This document shows positions 1-13,868 of a stretch of DNA of 64,000 bases, one piece after another. Positions within the stretch are counted from its first letter, which is position 1, and each line of letters begins with the position of its first letter. The notes beneath the pieces are model-generated. The model was not told the DNA's origin, did not search any database, and saw nothing but the letters and a program-made list of their open reading frames with translations. A program made the translations under genes and the position numbers. The DNA comes from Selaginella moellendorffii (Eukaryota > Plantae > Lycopodiophyta): NCBI RefSeq assembly GCF_000143415.4, contig NW_003314302.1, forward strand, positions 1,405,208 through 1,469,207. The letters run 5' to 3'.

Positions 1-3000
1 TAATTTGAAAATTGAAAAATTTTACTTCTGAGAAAAGTTCTAATAGTGTACATAAACCATGTGAACAGAAAAAAATGCATTCTTTCTTACTTGAGGAAGA
101 TGTCCCTCATAGAACAATATCTTCTTCTTTGTAAGATCACCTGAACATTAACATATGCTTATAGTCAAGTGCAAGTTATATAAGTAGTAACACTGCTGAT
201 AGTGGCAATCCAAAACTCTAGAGTGGCTTTCCTTCTTCTACTAGCTTTTATATATGTCATTATTAATGTGGGAGAAAGAACTAAAACAAGATAATAACAA
301 AGTTCTGTAGACAAATTCAAGTTTGGGAGGTGTGTTAGAAAAATATTTATATTTGCTGAGAGAAATTTCCACTTACCATCAAAAACAATTAACAATGTTA
401 AAATTTAAATTATGCCTTAAAGTCATGAACAAAACATGGAAGATTCAATGAATGCCTATTTAGAAAACTAAGTACTTGCATATTCTACTCTTATTTTAAG
501 TAGTGATGTACCAGATATTGATGCAACCCAACTTTGTTTATGGTACTACTTATGCAATAAAGCCTTATTTATTTTATTACATCTTTATTTGACCAATTAA
601 AGAATTTTTGAGCAAGCGGACTTATCAAGACATCAAGCACATACACTTATGAACTTTATACCTTGGTCAGCAAATCCTGAAACAACTTATTGACTTCTAC
701 AACAGTCAAGAACCTCTTATGTAAAAACCTGTGGGAATATCCACTAATTCCACTATATTCCACTAGTATTATAATTAGTGGTAATATATATATATATACA
801 TACATGTATTTACAAACCTTACACTATCCTCCCCTCCGGAAGATGAAAATGTGATGATAATAAGTTAGGTGGTACATCTGGAGCTTCTACTGGCGATTAT
901 AAATTACCACAAGAATCTAAAACTCCTATAAAATCATTAATAAAGTTATTGATAACCATGAGTAAAATAAAACCCAAAGCTATCACATAAGCATTAGCCA
1001 AGTACAGAATCCTGGTGAACCAATTGCAACTCTGGATACAACTCCCAAATGCTCAAATCAACCACACAACCATAACTTTGAACTGAAGTAAGGGATTTTG
1101 AGAATTATTATAATCCATAAAACACCATTGTAGCAAACAATACATCCCGACTCTAAGTTTACATGTCAACAATCCTCCAAGACCACTATTAACTCAAACT
1201 TAGGATCATAAGTAGAACCATCATCCTTGTCTAGCATTACATATGGGAAGTTGAATTCACTTTATTCATCCTTTTTATCCTTTCCTCGAAGGAATTTTTT
1301 TTTTGAAGCACTAGCTTTATTTGGACTCACTATTCTCATCCTCACTCCATTATTTATGTTTGACCTCACTTCACTATCACATTTATTTGGCTTCACTATG
1401 TTAAGGCTAGATGTTCCATTTGGAGTCGCTATATTCATCCTCACTCCATAATCTATATTATTTTTCTTTGCTCCACTATCATATTCACTCATCCACACTC
1501 GTCATCAGGGTTGGACTCCCGTCCATCCCCTCTACCCCCTCCTCCAAAGAAAAAAAGTTTGAAGTGTCAAGGAAAAAAGGAGAAAATGAGAAAAATTGAG
1601 GAAAAATAATTGTGAAAGAAGAAAAAGTGAATAAAGAAGCATTGGAAGAAGAATTTACAGTGGGGAAATCAAAATAAGGACATATGCTCAAAGCTTAGAA
1701 AAATACTTTGGCCACTAAAATATAAACAAAAAATTCACACCACTCAACCTTCTTGACACACAACTCAACACTTGAGACGAGAAAATCAATAGCAACATCC
1801 ACACTTTCAAGGGAATATATAAACTCCTCAACAGCAACGATAAAGCAAAAACTCTCAACAACACTCACAAGTAGGGATATGCATTTAACCCAAAACTCTA
1901 GCCAAAGTGACTTAACCCTTGGAACAGAGAAATACTTAATACCAAAATTAATCAAAGATTTTGCCAATGAAATAAAAGCAAGATTCTCAACTTCATAGAC
2001 ACACTTAACATCTAAATTAGTATGAAGAGGATAGAAAACACTCAACTTAACACTAAATTGAGAATGAGAATCAGCTTTATATAAGTCAATAGTCAAGTAG
2101 AATATTCTACTTTAATATTTTATTATAAAACCCTAAAGTCAAATTTTTTACTTTAAACTTTTAGGGCTAAAAATATGTGTTATGGACTTTTTAACAAAGA
2201 AGTGGGTCAAATATTTAGCTAGAATATTATTGTATTTAAAAGTGTTCAATATAAATTCTTTTTTTTATTATTTAATATTTTAATAGTTCTAATCTCCTCT
2301 TCTGTCAACAACAAATTAGTCATGGTTGCAAGTGCTGACTAAGTGAATAATCACAACAAATAATTTAAATTAAAAATATAAATGGATGAAATCATAATGA
2401 TATGACTAGTTGCATGGGTTTAAACAAATCAAACTTCATATAAATTAAAAAATAAAAAAATTAGACCAAATTAACTTGGTATTTAAATTTTCTATAAATT
2501 ATAAATATATTTACACAAATGTATTATAAAACTATGTTTTAAGATAAATTTTAATTTATTATTTTTCTTAATAAAAAAGGAAAAAAAATTGTTAATATGT
2601 TATTATAAAACTTTTTAGCATAAATTTATGTTATGTAGTTTTGCTAAATAACTTTGAAGTTACTATCCATTAAAATATAAATATTAAATATTGCTCCTAA
2701 ATTATACATAAGAAAACACTTTAACTTTTCCCCTGAAACAAAAGATTTAAATCTGATATATAAATTTTTATTATATAATATAGATTTTATATAAATCCAC
2801 TTTAAATAAAAATAATGAAATTTGAAAACCATATCAAAATTTTAAGTTTGATTATAATTCTTCTATCTTTAAATTTTACTTTCCTTATCACAGTTAAACT
2901 TGATAGTCCCATATGCTTATGAAGTTAGGTGGTTTCGGATGCTTGAACTTTGAAACTCGTGCAACTAGGGGTGGTTGCAGAACTTCATCATCCTCAAAAT

Positions 3001-3468
3001 TTGAAGAGGAGTTTAGTTATTTAGGTTTAGCTGATTTAGTTACCTTAGCTTCTTTCTTCCTTTTCTTGTTCTCCTTCAATTTGCGAATCTCCCTTTGCAA
3101 ATTCTCGATTTCGACTTCTTGAGGCATACGCTGCAGCACCGCAGCATCTGGCTCTTCCTCTTCTAACTCAGCCTTAGCCTTTTTTGCAGCATCTTTAGCA
3201 AGAGTTTCCTCCTCTTGATTCACCTGTCTAGAGGTTTCAACATCATCAGTACGGTTCCTTTTCAGCATCCCACTAGCTGCATGCATGCCTCTATTAGTAA
3301 CTGAACATGCATACAATGTTCTTACCAAATGGTGCAATCCAACTAATCTTACACAGGTCGCTTTGGATCTACTAGAAAAGTCTCTGCATATGCAACTTGA
3401 GTTAAAAAATTTGTCAAAAGTTGAATAGGAATCGCTAAAACAATTTCTCTGATACCAAATGTAGCGCA
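1..3468 (-). mobile_element. Degenerate non-autonomous LTR retrotransposon, 5' LTR truncated to about 9 bp
   Basis: Minus strand reads LTR end TGCGCTACA + TT + tRNA-Met PBS TGGTATCAGAG at 3468-3447. PPT GGAGGGGAGGATAG (838-824) is followed by TGTAAGG, the 3' LTR start at 823. Charged coiled-coil ORF remnant at 3017-3330; AT-rich decayed interior. The distal end of the 3' LTR is not resolved. Confidence 0.65.
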
Positions 3469-3469
3469 T

Positions 3470-6022
3470 ATGAATTTGGAGCCAAACTCTAAGCTCGTTA
3501 CACTACAAAATGAGGGTCTGGTTCAATCAGCTACCTCTGCTCAGCATTTCGATGCTTGTGTCGAGGGGTTGGAAGTGTTGGTTGGCAAAATCACACTTGT
3601 GGAGACTTTTTATCTCGCGGATATCCATTGTGTGGATCTCATTCTTGGGATGCCATGGTTGGTGAAGGTGGATCCAGAGATAAAGTGGAGCATTAAGCGT
3701 ATCTCACTGGAGTATGGTGGCGTTAAAGATGTGTGGTTTGGCGAGGGCGTTCAACCACTAGTTGTTATGCTCTCTGCTACATCTTTGAAGCGGGCTTGTC
3801 GTAATGGAAAAGCACTTTCAAGTTACTTGCTGTTTGTTCGTGACTTGGGGGACCAAAGCACGTGTAGGGGAGAAGTAGCAGTACAGGATGTACTGGATGA
3901 GTTTTCTGATGTTTTTCCATTTGAACTTCCTCATGGATTGCCTCCATTACGAGGTGTGGAGCATGGGATTACATTGGAGCCGGGGACGCGGCCAATTTAC
4001 CGGCGTCCATTTCGGTTAAGTTATGTGGAGGAGCAAGAAGTTCAACGATAAGTCAAGGAGTTACTTGAGTTTGGATTTATTCAACCAAGTAAGTCTCCGT
4101 TTGGTGCTCCAGTTTTGCTTGTGAAGAAGAAGGACGGTTCAATGCGCGATGTGTATTGACTACCACTCTTTAAACAAGAAGACAGTGAAGGATAAGATGC
4201 CAATGCCACGTGTGGATGATATCCTAGACAAGCTTGGTGAAGCACGAGTGTTTACCAAGATTGATCTGAGGAGTGGGTATCATCAAATTGCAATGGATGA
4301 TGCATCTATCTCCAAGATGGCATTCAACACAAGCTTCGGACATTTTGAGTTTACAGTTATGCCGTTTGGTTTGACGAATGCACTAGCCACATTTACTCGG
4401 TTGATGACGGAGGTATTTGGGCGTTATCTTCATGAGTTTGTGGAGATTCTCTTGGACGATATTCTTGTTTTTAGCAAGAATATGGAGGAGCATAAGGTGC
4501 ATTTGCACAAGGTTCTTTTATTACTTCGTGATAGCAAACTTTATGCGAAGAAGAGCAAATGTGAATTTGCAAAGTCGGAGGTGGAATATCTAGGCCATAT
4601 TGTGACATTTAAGGGTGTCAAGACGGATCCAAGGAAGGTGGGTGTGGTGGAAAATTGGCCTACACCGACTACAGTGGCTGAGTTGTGCAGTTTTCTTGAT
4701 ATGGCTAGTTACTACCGACGTTCCAACATAAGTTTGCAGAGGTGGCTATTCCTTTGACGCGGTTGTTACGCAAGAATGTGCCATTTGAATGGAAGAAGCC
4801 ACAAGAGGAGAGTTTTGTGGTGCTGAAACGATTGTTGAGCGAGACTCTAGTGCTTCGCATTGCTGATCCATCGAAACCTTACGAGGTGACATGCAATGCG
4901 AGTGGTTATGCACTGGGAGGAGTTCTCATGCAAGAGGGATAGCCTATTGCATATGAGAGTCGAACTTTGAATTCCGCGGAGCAACGCTATTCCACATATG
5001 AGCAAGAGTTACTCTCTATTGTTCATGCTTTGCAGACGTGGCGGCACTATCTTTATGGTGCAGTGTTCATGGTGTTGACAAATCACAAACCACTTGTATA
5101 TCTCTTCACACAGAAGGAGTTGAACACTAGGCAAGCTCGTTGGATGGTCAAACTCATGGAGTTTGGGGAGTTTCCTATTGAGCATCGTCCGAGAAAATCA
5201 AATGTGGTGGCAGATGCTTTATCTCGTGTTCGTCATGTGACGACGTTATGAACACGATTTTGTCATCATTTGAATAAGGTGGTTAGTGAGTTTGGGCAAT
5301 TGGTTGAGCATGCTCAGGCTCAGGATACTGAGGTGACCTCTTTGCGAGCCCAGATGGAAGCCCCTTTCTCATTGGTGGATGGGATTCTCTACTACAATGG
5401 CCATGTATATTTGCCACGGGTGGATGCGTTAATTACTCAAGTTTTATTCCACTATCATGATCGTTCAGAGGCCGGTCATTTTGGGGGGAAGAAGACATAT
5501 GAGTTGATTAAGCGCAACTTTTATTGGAGGAATATGAAGGCTGATATCCTCAAGTATTGTAAATCATGCGAGTTTTGTCAACGGGTTAAGGTGCCACGGG
5601 AGAAGCCGGGGGGACTTTTGCAACCTTTACCTATTCCTCAGAGCCATTGGTGTAGTATCTCTATGGACTTCATCACTTGTTTGCCACGAACACAGAGGCA
5701 AAAAGAGCAAGTATGGGTCATAGTGGATCGGTTGACGAAGTATGTGCGGTTGTTGGCTCTTCAGAAGACTGTCACTGCCTCAGACTTGGCTGTGGTTTAC
5801 TTGGAGAAGGTTTTTCCTGATTTTGGTTTGCCGAAGGACATCATTAGTGATTGAGATTCAAAGTTCACCAGTGGATTTTGGAAAAGCTTTGCAAAGGCTA
5901 TGCAAGTGACTTTGAAACTCTCGAGTGGAGATCATCCTCAGACGGATGGGCAAACTAAGCGTGTGAATCAGGTGGTGGAGGATATGCTACATTGTAGCAT
6001 TGGTCAAAGGCAAGAATAGTGG
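3470..6022 (+). pseudogene. gypsy pol (PR-RT-RH-INT 5' part), disrupted
   Basis: ORFs 3470-4051, 4149-4757, 4742-4942, 4967-5251 and 5270-5854 carry consecutive pol domains in gypsy order. Confidence 0.92.
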
Positions 6023-7165
6023 TGTCGCGAATGTGACTTCGGGTATCGAAAGTTACCTGTCGGCCAGTCCTTACGGACACTCTTACCTTACTGCCACGAC
6101 GGCAGGAGGTTGGTATTGCTGGACCCGTTATTAGTCTCCACCTAAGCTAGTTGAGAAACTGGTCCTCGCGTGTGCACTTGACCAGATGGGCATAAGGACG
6201 GAATTCCTAAGTGCTATTAGTCAAGCATACTTGACCTGGTTAGAGAAACTCATTCGTTGACTTGCACTTGCTAGTGTTGGGAACCCCCGCGATATTGAGC
6301 TTGGTCCCTCAACATTGCTAGATGATAGCTTACCGTGTCTGCCAAACACCCTCGCTATCATGCCTTTTGTGTTAGTCTCAATTCGTCCCAGATGCTATTT
6401 ATGGAAAGTGTCCAGATTTGCTCATTTGGCATATCTACAGAATGTAGAGATCGTCCTGAACACAATGGTGTTCGTCCCGTGTCCAAATTCGCAATCTAAG
6501 GACATTCCATATTTAGTAAGTTTTGAGCTTGTCCCAGAGACTAACTCCTGATACTAAGGGAGGCTTGGGGTGAAAGCCCAAAGTGTGTGTTCCTCAAGGG
6601 GGGGGGGGCTATGGGGGGTTCCAAATGTATAGTAGGGATAATGGGTAGGTCGGGCATGGCCAACCAACCTGAGGCATAGTCTAGCTCCCGCTTGCGTGCC
6701 TGTCCTTGTTCTGCGTCCAGCTTGGGTCTAAGCCCAAGTTCCATTCCATGCTAGCTGGTGGAGTACCCATATCCTCACGTTAGGCCATCGGTATGCTGAA
6801 ATAGCGCCAGACTCCATTTGACTCTGTTTTGCATGCTGGTCCTGGCATTGGGATGTTGGTTGCTCTAGGACTGTTCCAAGTCGCTCTGGGCCCCTGTCCC
6901 TCCGCTCCTTGGGCTATATGCTCGGGAGTTGCTCCGTGGTCCGGTTCCATCACTCCTTGGCGTCACGCTTGGGAGTTTGGCACCGTTCCTTCGTTCAGTG
7001 GCCCAAGGCCCTGAACCTCAGGTTCCTATGGACACGTGGCATGGACACGTGGTATGTGATATGTGGCATCTGTCACGTGGCACAAAGAGGGTTTAGGTTC
7101 CGCTTCGTGGTGTTATCCTATGGTAAATTACCATAGGATCAAGGGTCAAAACCACGTGCGCTACA
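6023..7165 (+). repeat. 5' LTR (1143 bp) of nested element
   Basis: About 97% identical to 12157-13299 (about 30 substitutions by eye, almost all transitions). Confidence 0.95.
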
Positions 7166-7329
7166 TTTGGTATCAGAGGATGAGTCTCAGCGATATTATC
7201 CAATGAGATTGGGCAACTAGTCTCGTTGCATACGCAGAGATGAAAATGATGATCCGAGTGGGTACACGTTTTGGTGCAAAGACTTCGCATTGGTTCCTTG
7301 GGATAGGTTTTGGTTACCTTTTTGTTCCA

Positions 7330-7583
7330 AGCCAGTGCAAGACGTAGCAAAAGAGAACTAAGGGCCAGGCCGAGAATGCTCAGCTAGAAACACATAGGAG
7401 TTCCTACCTTATGTTCATCTGGCTAAGTACAGATGCTAAGCCCAGTAAGCTAACACTTGGACAAGAGGGGCTAATAAAGGGAACCAGCAGTACCGACCTC
7501 CTGCCATCGTGGCAGTAAGGTAAGAGTGTCCGAAAGGACTAGCCGACAGGTAACTTTCGATACCCGAAGTCACATTCGCGACA
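7330..7583 (-). repeat. Inverted copy of the LTR 5' end inside the element leader
   Basis: Reverse complement of 7484-7583 matches 6023-6122 with about 5 mismatches; weaker similarity continues to about 7330. Confidence 0.85.
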
Positions 7584-10500
7584 CTAGTGGATCCTTCCTA
7601 GGTATGATTATAAGTGGATCAATCAAGACTATAGGGATTAATCTATTGGTTCAAGTAATCATGGCCGTGCTCTCTCATAAACTTTTCTTCGATTGAACTG
7701 AAGGCAGTGCGAAAGCAAGCTTGAGGTTTGGTCAAAGATGAGACCGAAAAGAGAGTCATCGGGGACGAAGGATCAAATACGTAAATCATTTCCTCTTCTC
7801 GGAGAGATGATTTGCAACGAGGTGTTAACTCATTGCTTGTGTTCACATCATGCAATCAAGTGTCCCTATCTTGATGCATGTTGGAGATGGTGGTCTTACA
7901 ATGGTGAGTTGTGGGATGGATAGTGGTGAAGTGCTATACCATTTTGTCTAAGCTTGCTATTGGAAGACTTGGGTTGCAATGCTCAATTCTTTTTCGGGGA
8001 ACCTTGCTATTGCTCCTTGAGTAGCTTGGTGTTGGATTAGTTTTAAGATTGGTCAGAAAGAGAGTGGCATGAGCTTGTCTGTGTTGTGAACAAAAGTTTG
8101 TGATGTTGGGTGTTGTAAATCTCTATCGGTGGAGTGTGGCATTTATGTTGCATTTTGTCGAATTGAGTTGGCACTTGATACTCACATAAACCTTTGCAGT
8201 AGTGACATGGGTATTGCTCATAGTGTTGCTTGATTGATGATCAAATCATTGTGATTTATATCATATCCATGTGATAATGAGCAATGTGTTTACGAAGTTG
8301 CTTGGATAAATGATGATCAACCCCCAAAGTGGTTGATGGAGAAGTTAGTCTACTTGCACGAAGTAGCATTGTAGTAGCTTTGACTGGATTCTCGGAGATG
8401 GTCCATTATGCTAAGCTTAAGTTGGTACCTTGTTTCCTTGAGTTTGCCTGTTAGGTGATGGAAAGGGTTGTAGTATTCATTTGCTATAGCTTGTCGGTTG
8501 ATCCGTTAGCACTTGGAGTAGATTGTTGGATGGAGAAGATGTGTAGTTGGGGCATTGATATCACTAGCACTTGTGTTAGTGGAAGTGGCATTGTTATTTC
8601 AAGTGATGAGGAATTTTCCTTGGACCTTGAATTTTCCATGTCATTTTTCTTGTTAGTGTTTTGGCTTCACATTGGATCTTGAAGGTGATTGAAGAAGAGT
8701 GTTAGTGCAATATGGATATCCGAAGATGTGGTCTTCGTGATCAAGCCTTGGATGTTCATTTTGCACTTTGCGGATATCGGTGTTGGATAACGGTTAGATG
8801 GGCAAAGATATTCGATGCTTAAGCATATTTTTGGATCATGAGAATTTGTGTTGAGGTGAGCCTATGTGAAGTTGTTAGTAGGAGGAAGTTGGTTGAGTCT
8901 TGAAAGTTTGCAATCCTAGACTGAGAGTCATTCTTTCTCTAGGATGGGAAATTTTCCACAAATTTTCTTAAACTTTTCCAATGGCTGGTCTATTGATCAT
9001 TTTGTCCGAAAACCATTCCGTTTTCGAAAGCCAGTACAAACTAGTGAAGGGGTTGGAGTTGACTTCGGTTGGCTTAGATCTTAGTAAGTAGTTTGTATGA
9101 TGCGGCCCGAAAGGGATGCTGACTTTTGGGGCTAAAGCAATTAGGTTGGATAAAGTCTAGAGTTGATGTAGGAAAGTGGCCGTTGCGCTTTTCTAAGAAA
9201 GGTGACTCTTATGCCTTTCTTTTGTAGCATTATGCTCGGTGGCAGGTTGCACCTTGCATTTTGCTAAGACTCTATGAGAGTAGTGAGCTCTCACTGATCT
9301 TGACTTAGTCTTGGTAGCCCTGCGCCTTGGCTAAGGATAGTGATGTCCAACTTAGTTGTTTGAGGTTGAGATGTTGGTACTTGTACTATAGCTTTGTCTA
9401 TGAGGAGGTTGTGTACCGATATGAGTCCATCTCATGGTCTTCACTTTAGTTTCGACTGAGTGTTGATCACATAGCTAGCCTCTTCAAGGCATGCTCAGAG
9501 CTATTGACTAAATGCATTAGTGAGCTTATTGCGGTTGAGTTGGATTCGAGTGGTCATTTAGTTTGTGCTTGTCTATGAACTTTTATCTCGTACCTGAGGT
9601 ATTATGTTCATGTTGGACAAGTATGTAACTCGATGACATGAGTTGGTGTTTGGGTCTTGTGAAGGCAAGTTGAGGAGTGATTGTTAGTTGCTTTGTGACT
9701 AGTGATTACTTGTAGACTTCGTCAAGGACCGTTGACACTTGATTTGCTCGATGATGATTTAGCAATGATGGGCTTGCTTTACCGGATGGTGTTGCGGAGG
9801 ATCGTGTCATTAGGCTGGCATGGTTTTTCCATGTTGGCATGTCAATTCCTTTGTCGATATCATTTGGTTACGTTTGGTCTATAGTGTTAAATTTCATTGA
9901 GTCTTGGATATGGTGATTCACTCCTTGAGGAAGTGTTATCTGTAACTGAGTATTGCTGAAGAAATTGGTCTTGGATACTGAGTAAAGTATCTTCGACTTT
10001 GGTTAGCTTGGTTGCTAAATAGTTTTGAGTGGTGATTCACTCTTGCTTTCTGCTAGCTTTGTTTTGTTGTTGATGGCATTGAAGTGATGCCTTGTCGTTG
10101 ACATTATTGAGGTTGAGATTCAAAGTGAAATGAGATGTCTCTCCTTAGGATTGATATGGAGTTTCATTAGTTTTAATGAAGATAGTGTTGATGATTGGCT
10201 ATGGCTTTATGTTATTGGCATTCGTGCATTTGCTAGTTAGCAACTATGTTGACGTTCAAATGAACTAAGTGGCAAGTTGAGTTAGTTGTGTTCTAGACGA
10301 GATTATTTAGTAGAGGGTTGAGCTTCGGCTTTTCCTTGAAAAGTGATTCAGTTATGGACTATGCTAGCTTTACGAGATGAAGAGTTAGTGATCGCTATTA
10401 GAATATTTGAGTCCTTGCTGGATTTGAGTTGGAATATATATCGATCATGGATGATTCTTCTTGTGCTTGTTATGAAGTGAGTTACGTCTTGGTATAGATG

Positions 10501-12156
10501 GATTCATGGAGGATCATTTGATGATCACTTGTTGGGCATAGCTTTGTTATACTTAGCTTTTGGATTGATGCAAATATGCTCTTCATTAGCTTTGGCATTA
10601 TGAAGTTTAGCTTATGGATGTGTTGAGGAAGATATTGTGAGTTGCATCACGATTTCTTCTTTCACATTGAAGTTAGCTTCTATGAGACTCGTGATCATTA
10701 TTAAGCAAGACTTGGCTATAGGCTTCTTCGAGCTTTGGTTCTTTGAGTTTTATGCTCATTATTCCATTTGTTAGAAGTTGTTGGGGAAGGCATTTTGGCT
10801 CATTAGCTTCAATGTTGAAGTTAGTATTTGCATCTAGCAATCATTGGTGATGATTGACTATCATCTAGGATAATTGATTATCCATGTCAAAAAGTTTTGC
10901 TTGATTATTGTTGGTATAGAATGGTTTGCCGTTCTTCGGGATGGTGGATTCCTTCTTAGACGATGATTATGCATCTTTTTATTGATGGAATGATTGATGA
11001 TCTTTCATGATGGTTAGTTGTTCTCTTTGATAGCTTATGGCTTTTTGCAATACCACATGTTCTTTGTGGTTTGCTTTGGTTTGGTCTCTTGGGCTTGAGA
11101 CATCAGTAGGATGTTGCTAACACTTGCTTAGGCAACTTGAGTTCCTTGGTGTTGTTGGTTGGGATCTATTCAGATTAGCTTTTGTGATAGTTGGCAGGCA
11201 TGAGTGTTTGTTGGTTTTACCACATTCATTCTCTTCTGTTGATCGTTGCTCGAGTTAGTTTTGATAGATTTGGATGTTATTTCCTTTGGGTGATACATTC
11301 GCGAGCATTGTGCTTGTTAGTCAATGATACTTTGTGTTCTTTCAATTCTCTCTAGTAAGTTGTTGGCTTACTGTCTATTATTTTCGGTAGTTAAGTTTCC
11401 TCATTGAGTTTTCTTGATGATCTACTTGCTATTGAATTTTGTTGGATGGTTAATCCTATGTTTCCCGAACTGATGATCTTGGTGGTTCCTACACTATAAA
11501 TACTAGTTTATCGGATGATAACTTATGTGGAATACTTTTGTGTTCTACTCTAAGATATAATCACTAGTAATTAAGCTTCTCAGATATCATTGTCTCTGAC
11601 TTTGATATTGTCCATCCATTGATCTTTGAGTTTGGGCCAGTATAGGCAGACTGGCTTCGGCACTTCGTGTGCATGGTGAAATCTCTAGTCATGGGGTAGC
11701 TACTGTCGACTGGTCACATAACCCGCCTCTCTGTCGATGTTCTTTATTTTGTGAAAGGGCGTGACCATGTAAACAACTCTACACTGCCTGTTTACAGTAG
11801 TCTATCTAAACCTTACCGACGGGTTTGGTTTCTTTGCTCAGGAGGGTTGGGGCCTCTGGCTTCTCTCTCTATGTTCTTGCGGGTAGGGCATATCACACTT
11901 TTGTAGCTGGGTGACACCCAGAGCAGCAAGGGTGGCTGACTCCGTTGGTCATTTCCTTGTCGGTGACGGCCGGAAGGTGTCTGAGTTGGTAGCGCATCCG
12001 CGTTAGACAAAGAGGTTGCCCCCTTAACTCATTTAAGTTGGTGCATTTCTCACATAGTGTGAGTACCGTGAACTTTTTCTGGAGTTGTTTCCTTGGCGGT
12101 ATTCTAGACTCGAGTGTGCGTCGACGAGGACGTTGATTTTCCCAAGGGGGGGAGAG

Positions 12157-13299
12157 TGTCGCGAATGTGACTTCGGGTATCGAAAGTTACCTGTCGGCCA
12201 GTCCTTACGAACACTCTTACCTTACTGCCATGACGGCAGGAGGTCGGTATTGCTGGACCCGTTATTAGTCTCCACCTAAGCTAGTTGAGAAACTGGTCCT
12301 CGCGTGTGCACTTGACCAGATGGGCATAAGGACGGAATTCCTAAGTGCTATTAGTCAAGCATACTTGACTTGGTTAGAGAAACTCATTCGTTGACTTGCA
12401 CTTGCTAGTGTTGGGAACCCCCGCGATATTGAGCTTGGTCCCTCAACATCGCTAGATGATAGCTTACCGTATCTGCCAAACACCCTCGCTATCATGCCCT
12501 TTGTGTTAGTCTCAATTCGTCCCAGATGCTATTTATGGAAAGTGTCCAGATTTTCTCATTTGGCATATCTACAGAATGTAGAGATCGTCCTGAACACAAT
12601 GGTGTTCGTCCCGTGTCCAAATTCACAATCTAAGGACATTCCATATTTAGTAAGTTTTGAGCTTGTCCCAGAGACTAACTCCTGATACTAAGGGAGGCTT
12701 GGGGTGAAAGCCCAAAGCGTGTGTTCCTCAAGGGGGGGGGGGCTATGGGGGGTTCCAAATGTATAGTAGGGATAGTGGGTAGGTCGGGCATGGCCGACCA
12801 ACCTGAGGCATAGTCTAGCTCCCGCTTGCGTGCCTGTCCTTGTTCTGCATCCGGCTTAGGTCTAAGCCCAAGTTCCATTCCATGCTAGCTGGTGGAGTAC
12901 CCATATCCTCACGTTAGGCCATCAGTATGCTAAAATAGCGCCAGACTCCATTTGGCTCCGTTTTGCGTGTTGGTCCTGGCATTGGGATGTTGGTTGCTCT
13001 AGGACTATTCCAAGTCGCTCTGGGCCCCTGTCCCTTCGCTCCTTAGGCTATATGCTCGGGAGTTGCTCCGTGGTCCGGTTCCATCACTCCTTGGCGTCAC
13101 GCTTAGGAGTTTGGCACCGTTCCTTCGTTTAGTGGCCCAAGGCCCTGAACCTCGGGTTCCTATGGACACGTGGCATGGACACGTGGTATGTGACACGTGG
13201 CATCTGTCACGTGGCACAAAGAGGGTTTAGATTCCGCTTCGTGGTGTTATCCTATGGTAAATTACCATAGGATCAAGGGTCAAAACCACGTGCGCTACA
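12157..13299 (+). repeat. 3' LTR (1143 bp) of nested element
   Basis: Direct repeat of 6023-7165, preceded by PPT and followed by the TSD. Confidence 0.95.
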
Positions 13300-13304
13300 A
13301 GTGG

Positions 13305-13868
13305 GATCTATATCTTCTGTTGGTGCAATTTGCTTACAACAATAGCCAACACAGTGGAACCAAGCTAAGTCCTTACTTTGCTATGTTTGGAAGGCATCTT
13401 CGAACAACGGTGGAGTTGGGATTGCATTTGAGTAAGGACATTCAAGATAAGCTTGATTCCGAGGCAACTGATCTGGCCACAGAACTTGATGAGATTCTGG
13501 TGGTGTGCAAAAAGAATTTGCAAGCAGCTCAGGATAGAGCGGAGAAGTTTGCCAATGAGCATTGCCAATTCCGGGAATATAAGGTGGGTGATCTCGTCTT
13601 TGTGTGAGTGATCTTTCCGTCAAGTGAGCGGTGGAACACCTTGGTGCCTTTACGGACAGGGAAGAATGATAAACTTTCCCATCGATATGTTGGTCCATAT
13701 GAAGTGCTGGAGCACATTGGTAAAGTGGCTTATCAGGTGCGGCTGCCAGCTGGGGTGAAAATTCATCCGGTATTTTATGTCAGCCAGTTGAAAGGTGTAC
13801 TATCTCGGAGTGACGGGCCCAATGCCTCCTTGATGTATACGGCTGTGGAAGATGGACCAGGAGCTTGA
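13305..13868 (+). pseudogene. gypsy integrase C-terminal part, continuing after the insertion
   Basis: WDLYLLLVQFAYNNSQHSGTKLSPY...YKVGDLV...RYVGPYEV...[10 protein letters not shown] resumes exactly after the TSD. Confidence 0.9.

Larger units (their letters stand above)
6023..13299 (+). mobile_element. Nested full-length non-autonomous (LARD-like) LTR retrotransposon
   Basis: TG...CA LTRs at 6023-7165 and 12157-13299. TSD AGTGG at 6018-6022 and 13300-13304. PBS TGGTATCAGAG 7168-7178; PPT AAGGGGGGGAGAG 12144-12156. The 5-kb interior has no long ORF. Confidence 0.95.
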
